Program-made: the position numbers and the translations under genes
Source of the DNA: a bacterium
GTDB lineage: Bacteria > Actinomycetota > Coriobacteriia > Coriobacteriales > QAMH01
Assembly: GCA_963642995.1 (NCBI GenBank)
Contig: CAVIIZ010000001.1
Span: 72,244-136,243 of the forward strand
Length of the DNA: 64,000 nucleotides
Reading direction: 5' to 3'
Notes under the pieces: generated by a model
Database searches by the model: none
What the model saw: only the letters and a program-made list of their open reading frames with translations
Told to the model about the DNA's origin: nothing
Shown: positions 46,568 to 56,861 of the stretch, piece after piece
Layout of the letters: every line of letters begins with the position of its first letter
How positions within the stretch are numbered: the first letter of the stretch is position 1

Positions 46568-49500
46568 CGGCGGCCACCTCCTTTGCTCGGAGCTGTCTGC
46601 TCGTGAAAGGACCTCATGCGCAAGGCGGCGCCCACGGCAAACCCGACGAGAAGCGCCAGCCCCAAGGCGATGGCGACGCCCGTCTGCAACGGCGCCTCGG
46701 AAAACGCCTTCTTCAGCACCTCGACCACCTTGTAGGCAGGCGACGCGTCCGCGGACTGCTCCGGCGCCGCGTCCTCGCTTGTCGTCTCCTCCCGCGTTTG
46801 CGCCTGGTCGCTGTCCCGCCGCGCTTGCACGCTCTCGCTCGCCGCGGCGCTGTCCGCAACCTGCTGCATCCTCGCAGGCTCCTGCGCCTGCGCCGAGACG
46901 GTGCCTGCCGCAGACGGCAGTTGCGCGCCGAAGGCGCCTGCCGCGACGGTTGCCGCTCCCGGAAAACCCGACGCGAGGCCGCCTCCCGTGCCGCCGCCCC
47001 CGTTGCCGTCCGTGCCGCCTGTACCGCCTGTGCCGCCGCCGCCGGGCACGAGGCCGCCGGGTTCGCCCCCGCCTCCTCCGCCCTTCTCCCCACCGCCGCC
47101 CGGGTTCAGCTTCTCCAGCCACTGCGCCCAGGTCATCACGCCGGAAAGCTGCGCTGCGGAAAGCGATTTGTCGCGCAGGAGCACGTCGGCCCTCCACGCG
47201 TCGATGTCGTCGCCCATGTAGACGAAGTTCACCACCCCGCTGCCCGCGAAGGCGTCGCGGCCTATCTCGACGACGGAGCCCGGGATGAAGACGGTCTTCA
47301 AGTTCACGCATCCCTCGAACAACCCCGCCCCGATGACGGTCGCTCCCGCGGGCAAGACGATCTGCTCGAGGGCGGTCATGTCCTTGAACACCGAGGCGTT
47401 CCAGGGGCGCCCGCTGTTGCCAAACGACGAGCCGATGGTCTTCACCGTATCGGGAATGACGAGCTTTTTTATGGAAGAGCAGCCCTTGAAGACCGAATCG
47501 CCTATCTCGACGATGTTGGAGGGGATGTCGAGGCCTTCCAGGCTCGTGCAGCCCTGGAACAGGCCGCCCGCGAGTTTCGCCATGCCCTTCGAGAGGGTGA
47601 CCTTCTTCAGAGCCGTGCAGTCGAGAAACGCGTTCGCGCCGATCTCTTTCAGCGAGTCGGGCAGCACGGCCTGCACGAGGCTCGCGCAGCGCCGAAACAC
47701 CCCCTGCCCCATGGTCTCGACGCCGCAGGACAGGTCGAGCGCAGACAGCGCGCCGCAATCGGAAAACGCCCAATCCCCCACCGTGCGCAACGACGTCGGG
47801 GCGGTAAAGGACCTCATCTTCGCGCAGCCGTCGAAGGCCGAATACCCTATAGAGGCGACCTTCGTCTTGGAGAGGTCCGCGGCGGGCAGCGAGGTGCAGC
47901 CGGCGAAGGCGCGGTTGCCCACTTCCGCAAGCGCCGTCGGCCAATTGAGCGACTTCAAGGCCGTGCAGCCGGCAAAGCAGCCGGCGCCTATGGAGGCGGT
48001 CTGCGCGCCCAGTTTCACCGTGGAAAGCGAGCTGCACTTGTAGAAGGTGCAGCTGTCCAGCTTCGTCACCGCGGCCGGCACCGAGATGGATTTCAGCGCC
48101 GTGCAGCCCTGGAAGGCGTAGGCGCCGAGGACGCTCAACGCGGCAGGCAGCGCGATCGAGGAAAGCGCCGTGCATCCGTCGAAGGCCGACATCTCGATTT
48201 TCGCCAGGCTCGCGGGCAGGGTCAGGGCGGCAAGCGCCGTGCATCCGGCAAACGCCGAGTTGCCCAAAGCGGAAAGACCCGCCGGCAGTTTCACGTCCCT
48301 CAGCGCCGTGCAGCCCGAAAACGTGCCCGTGGGCAAGGTGCCGAGGGGCGCGCTGACCTCGGCCGAGACCAGCGCCGTGCAGCCCTTGAAGACGCCCGAG
48401 CCCATGGACTGCACCGTCTGCGGCACGACAACCGACTTCAAGGACGTGCAGGCGGCAAACGCGCTCATCCCGATGGAGGCGACCGTATCGGGAATGGAGA
48501 CGCCCTCCACCTTCGCCAGGCCCTTGAAGGCGTTCTTGCCGATTGAGGCCACCGTGTACTCGCGCCCGCCTGCCTCGACCGTCGCGGGGATGGAGACGGC
48601 TCCCTCCAGGTCGGGGTTGGCCTCGACGAGGGTGGCCGTGCCGGACGCGTCGTCGTAGCTCCAGTGGAACTCGCCTACGAAGGGCTCGACGGGATCTTCG
48701 CTGTAGACGGCCTGCACCTCCAAGCTGTCGCGCACATCGGTAAAAGGCACGCTCCACCCCGAAAACGTCCAGCCGGTGCGCGACGGCGGCGTGGGCGCGA
48801 CAGCCGAGCCGCCCTCGCGCACCTCCTGCGCCGAGCCTATCTTGCCGCCCGTCCAGCTGAGAAACTGCACGGTGAACCACAAAACCGCCCCGTCGGGCAG
48901 GGCGCCTTCGGCCAAGGCGGGCCTCTTGCCCTTGAAGACGACCTTCAGCGGGTCGCGGGCAGGCGCACTCGCGTCGTCGCCCGTGTCGGGCACGAGGGCG
49001 CCGGCGGCGATGGAGGCGACGTTTGCCGAGACGACCACCTGCGTGTAGTCCAACCCGAAGCTCGCGCCCGCATCGAGCGCGACCACCTTGTAGGCCTCGC
49101 CCGCAAGCGTCGGGCGCACGACGTCGGGCACGGTCAGCACGCCGCCTTTCAGGTCGTCTTTGGTCAGGTGGTGCACGACGGCCGTCTTGGTGGCCGCGTC
49201 GAAGGTGGCGTTGGCCTCGAAGACGGGGGCGACGTCCATGGACGTGCGCACCTCCTCGACGTCGTCCGACCAGCCCACGGAGGTCTGCCCGTAGGGGGCG
49301 GCCACGTTGGGGGCAGCCGCCTCGGCGCCCTCCTTCACGTACCTGGTGGACAGCAGCGCTCCAGCCGCGTCGAAAAAGCGCACGGTGTAGCGCCACTCGA
49401 CATAGCGCGAGAACGCGTCCGCCGAGCAGGAGGGCTTGGCGCCGGCGCAGGTGACCTGCTCGAGCTTCTTGCATTTCGCGAAGGCCTTCGAGCCGATGCT

Positions 49501-51240
49501 CTCGACCGAAGCCGGCAAGGACAACGAGACGAGCTGCGTCTGGTTGTCGAAGGCGCAGTCCCCTATGCCGACCACCATGTAGGCGATGCCGCCTTTTTTC
49601 GTGGTGGCGGGCACGGACAGAGAAGTGGCGGTGATGCCTCTGGGCGTGCCCGTGAGCACGGCCGTCTTGGAAGACGCGTCGTAGCTCCACGTGAAATCGG
49701 GGGCGACGATCGGATGGCAGTCCGCGCCGCGCTCGACCGCCTCGTAGACGCCGTCCCATCCGAGGAAGACCTGGTTTGCCGGCACGCCCACGCGCGAGGC
49801 ATCCGGCGCGGTCGCGCTGGTGCCAGGGTCGAGAACCTGCGCGTCGCCGATCTGCTCGCCGTCTGTGTCGAAGAAGCGCACGCGGTAGGAGATCTTCACC
49901 CTGTCGGGCACGCCGTCGTCTCCCAGCCATTTGGTGGACAGGTCGGGCAAAGTGCCGCCCAAGACGAGGCTCGTCAGGCGGTCGGCCGCGTAGAAGGCGT
50001 GGTACTTCACCGTCGTGCAACTGCCGGGGATGGTCACCTGCACGAGGCGGTTGCAGTTGTAGAAGGCCTCGATGCCGATGCTTTGCAAGGAGTCGGGCAG
50101 CGTGAGAGACGAAAGCGAGGTGCAGTTCATGAAGGCGCTGTCGGGGATGGCCGAGACCTTGTCGGGCACGGTCACGTCGTCAAGCGCGCTGCAGCCGGCA
50201 AACGCGGCCTGCCCCAGCGTCTTCAGGTTGTAGGGCAGGCTCACGTGCGAAAGCGCGGTGCAACTCTCGAAGGCGTTCGCGCCGACGGTCGAGACGATGG
50301 GCGGCAAGGTGAGGTCGGAAAGCGAGCTGCACAGGTAGAAGGCCCTGCTGCCCACCGAGGTCAGGGCCTGGGGCAGCGTGGCGTCCGCGAGCTTCGCGCA
50401 GCGCATGAAGGCCTCCGAGGGCAGCTTGCGCAACGAGGTCGCGGACAGGTCGACGCTGCGAAGCGCGGCGCAGTTGGAGAAGGCCGCGTCGCCTATGGCG
50501 GCAAGGGCTTTGGGCGCGGTGAAGGAGGAAAGGCCGGTGGCGTGGAAGGCCTCCTTGCCGATGGAGGTCAAGGTGTCGGGAAGGGAAAGCGAGGACAGGG
50601 CGGCGTCTTCGTAGAAGCACTGCGCGCCGATGCTGCGCACACCGGCCAGGTCCACGGACACGAGCGCCGGGCACTGGTAGAAGAGCATATCGTTGAAGTA
50701 GGAGACCTTGCCGTTGCCCGTGTAGGAGGCAAGGGATGCGCAGTTGTAGAAGGCGGTCTGCCCCAGCGAGGACAGGGCGGCCGGCGCGGTGAAGGACGAA
50801 AGGCCGCTCGAGGCGAAGGCGCCCTCGCCGATGGAGGCCACGGTGTCGGGCAAGACGATGGTCTCGAGCGCGCTGCGGCGCGCGAAGGCGCTGTCGCCGA
50901 TGGCGGTGACGGCAAGCTCTGCGCCGTCTACGGCGACGGTGGCGGGCACCTCGAGCTCTGCGGGCACGTCCACGCCGTCTGCCAGACCCGTGATGGCGGC
51001 GGTGCCGTCGGCGTTTGCCTTCACGGTGAAAACCGACGCCGGCGCATCAGCGGGAAAAGCGCCGAGGGCAGAAGAAGCGCCGGAGGCGCTCCCGGCGACG
51101 TTTTCAGCAAAAGAAGAAGAAGCATCGGCGGCAGCGGCAAGCGCGGGGCTGCACGAGGACGCGACGAGGCAGGCCGCCATCAGCAGCGACACCCCGCAGG
51201 CGCGGGGGGAAACGAGACGACGGGGACTCCGTCTGCTCAT
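46564..51240 (-). CDS. giant surface protein: signal peptide + two BspA-type LRR arrays + 3 Listeria/Bacteroides B-repeats + Gly-rich linker + C-terminal TM anchor
   Basis: Signal peptide MSRRSPRRLVSPRACGVSLLMAACLVASSCSPALAAAADA. LRR units have the form LP.tV.sIG..AF.gCtaL. B-repeats are YRVRFFDTDGE...FLGW, YTVRFFDAAGA...SVGW and FTVQFLSWTGG...FSGW. The Gly-rich tract is at 46975-47100. PLQTG (46678-46692) precedes the hydrophobic VAIALGLALLVGFAVGAAL and the RMRSFHEQTAPSKGGGRR tail. Start is ATG 51240 or GTG 51258. Confidence 0.85.
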   Translation of the reverse strand: MSRRSPRRLVSPRACGVSLLMAACLVASSCSPALAAAADASSSFAENVAGSASGASSALGAFPADAPASVFTVKANADGTAAITGLADGVDVPAELEVPATVAVDGAELAVTAIGDSAFARRSALETIVLPDTVASIGEGAFASSGLSSFTAPAALSSLGQTAFYNCASLASYTGNGKVSYFNDMLFYQCPALVSVDLAGVRSIGAQCFYEDAALSSLSLPDTLTSIGKEAFHATGLSSFTAPKALAAIGDAAFSNCAALRSVDLSATSLRKLPSEAFMRCAKLADATLPQALTSVGSRAFYLCSSLSDLTLPPIVSTVGANAFESCTALSHVSLPYNLKTLGQAAFAGCSALDDVTVPDKVSAIPDSAFMNCTSLSSLTLPDSLQSIGIEAFYNCNRLVQVTIPGSCTTVKYHAFYAADRLTSLVLGGTLPDLSTKWLGDDGVPDRVKISYRVRFFDTDGEQIGDAQVLDPGTSATAPDASRVGVPANQVFLGWDGVYEAVERGADCHPIVAPDFTWSYDASSKTAVLTGTPRGITATSLSVPATTKKGGIAYMVVGIGDCAFDNQTQLVSLSLPASVESIGSKAFAKCKKLEQVTCAGAKPSCSADAFSRYVEWRYTVRFFDAAGALLSTRYVKEGAEAAAPNVAAPYGQTSVGWSDDVEEVRTSMDVAPVFEANATFDAATKTAVVHHLTKDDLKGGVLTVPDVVRPTLAGEAYKVVALDAGASFGLDYTQVVVSANVASIAAGALVPDTGDDASAPARDPLKVVFKGKRPALAEGALPDGAVLWFTVQFLSWTGGKIGSAQEVREGGSAVAPTPPSRTGWTFSGWSVPFTDVRDSLEVQAVYSEDPVEPFVGEFHWSYDDASGTATLVEANPDLEGAVSIPATVEAGGREYTVASIGKNAFKGLAKVEGVSIPDTVASIGMSAFAACTSLKSVVVPQTVQSMGSGVFKGCTALVSAEVSAPLGTLPTGTFSGCTALRDVKLPAGLSALGNSAFAGCTALAALTLPASLAKIEMSAFDGCTALSSIALPAALSVLGAYAFQGCTALKSISVPAAVTKLDSCTFYKCSSLSTVKLGAQTASIGAGCFAGCTALKSLNWPTALAEVGNRAFAGCTSLPAADLSKTKVASIGYSAFDGCAKMRSFTAPTSLRTVGDWAFSDCGALSALDLSCGVETMGQGVFRRCASLVQAVLPDSLKEIGANAFLDCTALKKVTLSKGMAKLAGGLFQGCTSLEGLDIPSNIVEIGDSVFKGCSSIKKLVIPDTVKTIGSSFGNSGRPWNASVFKDMTALEQIVLPAGATVIGAGLFEGCVNLKTVFIPGSVVEIGRDAFAGSGVVNFVYMGDDIDAWRADVLLRDKSLSAAQLSGVMTWAQWLEKLNPGGGGEKGGGGGGEPGGLVPGGGGTGGTGGTDGNGGGGTGGGLASGFPGAATVAAGAFGAQLPSAAGTVSAQAQEPARMQQVADSAAASESVQARRDSDQAQTREETTSEDAAPEQSADASPAYKVVEVLKKAFSEAPLQTGVAIALGLALLVGFAVGAALRMRSFHEQTAPSKGGGRR

Positions 51241-51317
51241 CTGCCCGGACACATGCACCTTCCACGACGCACGCGCGCCCCCCTCGAGGGGAGAGGGCGC
51301 GCATCATTTTTTCAACC

Positions 51318-51340
51318 GTCGAATCTTCGACAAAATTATA
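51318..51340 (-). promoter_or_regulatory. candidate -10 element plus adjacent palindromic operator upstream of the LRR/ExbB operon
   Basis: TATAAT on the minus strand (51335-51340) is immediately followed by the inverted repeat GTCGAA-ga-TTCGAC (51318-51331). This is the only AT-rich patch between ppdK and the LRR gene. No convincing -35 was found. Confidence 0.3.
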
Positions 51341-51365
51341 TCCTAACGTGATATAACGCATCGCG

Positions 51366-51405
51366 AAAAAGGGGCGCGCAGCCGGCGTTTCCGACCACGC
51401 GCCCC
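51366..51405 (-). terminator. candidate intrinsic terminator of ppdK
   Basis: The minus strand reads GGGGCGCG (51398-51405), a 19-nt loop, CGCGCCCC (51371-51378), then TTTTTC. Confidence 0.5.
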
Positions 51406-51466
51406 GCGGCGCAGCGTATGTCCGAAGCCGCGGCGTCGAGCCCGCCGCGCGCAGCTCTTCAGGGCG

Positions 51467-54178
<2,712 letters not shown>

Positions 54179-54706
54179 CTTGCATCTCCTTATCAGTTGC
54201 CGACTCGTCTGCTTGCAGATGATGCGCCGCCCACGCGCCGGGCCGCGAGAGGCCGCGCGCGAGAAGGGGCGCATGACGCGCATATGGTAGCGCCTCGGCA
54301 AGGCCGTGCGGGCGCGCAATCGCCTGAAGGCATCGAAAGAACATGCGAGCGCGGCGGAAGGGGGCGGGCAAGCGCCGAAACCGGGCGGTCGGCCACCGGG
54401 CGCCGCGGGAAGCTTTCCCCGCGGCGCCGAAGACGGGCGGCGCGCCGCGGGACTCCCCCGTTTTTTCGCGCGTGCTAAATTGCACGTGGTAAACGATGCG
54501 CGCGCGAAGGGCGCCGAAGCCTGCGGCATGTGCTTTCATATCCCTAAAGCACGTGCCCGCGCGGCGCGGGGGGGACGACGCGGCGGATGCGCGGTGCGAG
54601 ACGCGCACGGCCTGCGGGCGAGGCGTCGCGCCGCACACCCCCAACCGGCTTCGCAGCGCACGCGTGAAAGCCGGCCGCACCGACACGGCCACGACAGGAG
54701 GCGCCT

Positions 54707-56857
54707 GTGGAGCTGCTCGAGATACTTCTCATACTCCTTGCCCTGATCATCGTCTCGGCGGTGCTCGATTCCGTGCTGCCGCGCGTGTCGTTGCCGCTCG
54801 TGCAGGTGGGCATCGGCGTCGTCGTCGGGCTGTTCGCCGTCTTTCCCGTGAACTTGAGCGACATCGACGCGGAGCTGTTCCTCGTCCTCTTTATCGCGCC
54901 CCTGCTCTTCGACGAGTCCAGAAACGCCGACTACGCCGCGATGAGGGCAAACCTCAAGGGCATACTCTCGCTGGCCATAGGCCTCGTGCTCCTCCTCACC
55001 TTGTGCGTCGGGTTCACCTTGAACCTGCTGCATCCCTCCATCCCGCTGGCCGCCGCATTCGCCTTGGGCGCGGCGCTAGGGCCTACCGACGCCGTGGCCG
55101 TGGCGGCGCTCGGCGGCGACATCAACCTCTCGCGCCGCCAGAAAAGCCAGCTGTCCGGCGAGGCCCTGCTCAACGACGCGTCCGGCGTCGTGTCCTTCCA
55201 GTTCGCCATCGCGGCGGCCACGACGGGCACCTTCAGCGTCGCCAAGGCCGGCGCCACCTTCGCCATCGACTTCATGGGCGGGCTGGTCGTGGGCATCGTC
55301 ATCGGCGCGCTCTACCTCCTCGTCATCCGCAACGTGCGCAGGCTCGGCCTCGAATCGGCCACCATCCACATGCTCTTCGAGATACTGCTGCCGTTTTCCA
55401 CCTTCCTCGTCTGCGAGCACATCGGCGTGAGCGGCATCTTGGGCGTCGTGGCCTGCGGTCTGTTCGTCACCCTCTTCCCGCAGAAGCTGCGCCCGGCGGG
55501 CGCGCGCAAGACCGTCCACGAAACGCGCGTGCACCTGGCGTCGAGCAGCCTGTGGGAGGTGCTCTCGTTTACGCTCAACGGCATCGTCTTCCTCTTCCTC
55601 GGCATCACCCTCGTGCAGACCATCGGCCCTCTGGTCGTGGCGAACTCGCTCGCGGGCTTCTTCTGGCTCGTCGGGGTGGTGCTGCTCGTCACGGTCGTGG
55701 TCGTGGGCGTGCGCTACCTGTGGCTGCTCGCCACCGACTACATCGCCGCGCGCCGCGACGGGAGGCCCGTGGCGCCCGTGCAGATGCTGCGCGACTCGCT
55801 CGTCACCACGCTGTCAGGCCCCAAGGGCGCCGTCACCTTGTCCATCGCGCTCACGATCCCTGCGGCCTACGCGAGCGGCGACCCCTTCCCCGAACGCGAC
55901 CTCTTGCTCTTCATCGCCTCGGCGGTCATCGTCCTCACCTTGCTCTTGGCCAACTTCGCCGCGCCGGCGCTTGCACCGGCGCAGGAAAACGCGGAAGACG
56001 ACGAGGCGGCCTACGAGGTGCAGATACGCATGCTGCAGCAGGTCATACGCGCGCTGAACGACGGGGCCGACGAGGCCGACCGCAAGGTGGTGCGCCAGGT
56101 GGTGCGCGCCTACCAGCGCCGCATCGCCGGCATGCGCCGCAAGCTCGTGCCCAACTCGCAGCTGCGCGCCATGCGCCTCGAGGTCTTGGACGTCCAGCGC
56201 GAGCGCATACGCGACATACGCGCCCACGACGACGTGGACGCGCGCATCGCCGACGACTACCTGAAGCGCATCGCGCGCATGAGAAAGCGCATCAAAAGCC
56301 CGCGCGCGCCCGGCAACGCGCAAAACCAGCCGCTCGCCTCCTCGACGAGCCTGTTCAAGCGCGTGCAGCACGAGATCGTCGACCACCCGCGCAAGCGCAG
56401 GACGGCGCTGGAGTTCAAGGTGGAGGTGGAGCGCGCCGCCGTGCAGCACCTGAAGACGGTGGCCGAAAGCGGAGACGGGGAGCGCGCCGAGGCGGCAAGC
56501 GCCCTGCTGGCCGAGCACCTGCCGCTTCTGCAGGCGCTGAAGACGCGGCTTTCGGAGGCCAACGCGGCGCAGGCCATCCCGGCCGGCGCGCCTGCGGCAG
56601 GCGGCGCGGGGGCGGGCGCGACGCTGCCGGACGGCATGCCGGCGGGCGCCTACGAGCGCACGAGGAGCGGGCGGTTGAAGAAGAGGCGCGAGGCAGCCGC
56701 GCCGCGGGCCGCGACCGTGGCCGACGTGCAGGCAGAGGCGCTGCGCCTGGAGCTCGACCAGATCCAGGAGATGCGCGACGCGGGCCGCATATCGCGCTCG
56801 CTTGCCCGCGAGATGCGCGCCGACGTCTACCTGCAGCAGATGGGCCTGGACGGCTGA
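54707..56857 (+). CDS. CPA1/NhaP-type Na+(K+)/H+ antiporter with ~290-aa charged C-terminal cytoplasmic domain
   Basis: GAALGPTDAVAVAAL and SGEALLNDASGVV motifs typical of NhaP/NHE exchangers, with ~12 TM segments. GTG 54707 is preceded by AGGAGG. Confidence 0.85.
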   Translation: MELLEILLILLALIIVSAVLDSVLPRVSLPLVQVGIGVVVGLFAVFPVNLSDIDAELFLVLFIAPLLFDESRNADYAAMRANLKGILSLAIGLVLLLTLCVGFTLNLLHPSIPLAAAFALGAALGPTDAVAVAALGGDINLSRRQKSQLSGEALLNDASGVVSFQFAIAAATTGTFSVAKAGATFAIDFMGGLVVGIVIGALYLLVIRNVRRLGLESATIHMLFEILLPFSTFLVCEHIGVSGILGVVACGLFVTLFPQKLRPAGARKTVHETRVHLASSSLWEVLSFTLNGIVFLFLGITLVQTIGPLVVANSLAGFFWLVGVVLLVTVVVVGVRYLWLLATDYIAARRDGRPVAPVQMLRDSLVTTLSGPKGAVTLSIALTIPAAYASGDPFPERDLLLFIASAVIVLTLLLANFAAPALAPAQENAEDDEAAYEVQIRMLQQVIRALNDGADEADRKVVRQVVRAYQRRIAGMRRKLVPNSQLRAMRLEVLDVQRERIRDIRAHDDVDARIADDYLKRIARMRKRIKSPRAPGNAQNQPLASSTSLFKRVQHEIVDHPRKRRTALEFKVEVERAAVQHLKTVAESGDGERAEAASALLAEHLPLLQALKTRLSEANAAQAIPAGAPAAGGAGAGATLPDGMPAGAYERTRSGRLKKRREAAAPRAATVADVQAEALRLELDQIQEMRDAGRISRSLAREMRADVYLQQMGLDG

Positions 56858-56861
56858 GGCC

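Noticed and set aside
46678-46692. PLQTG read as an LPXTG sortase motif.
   Set aside because: The first two residues are swapped relative to LPXTG/LAXTG. Only the hydrophobic segment plus basic tail is canonical. It is kept as a caveat inside a finding, not called as a sortase site.
46975-47100. Highly repetitive GGN/GCC DNA considered as a non-coding tandem repeat.
   Set aside because: It is in frame within the LRR gene and encodes a poly-Gly linker, so it is coding low complexity.
40858-51258. Both giant ORFs are listed as exactly 1564 aa, which hints at a recent duplication.
   Set aside because: This is a coincidence of ORF-track boundaries. The real starts differ, the C-terminal halves are unrelated (CWB2 versus Gly-linker/TM), and the nucleotide composition differs.
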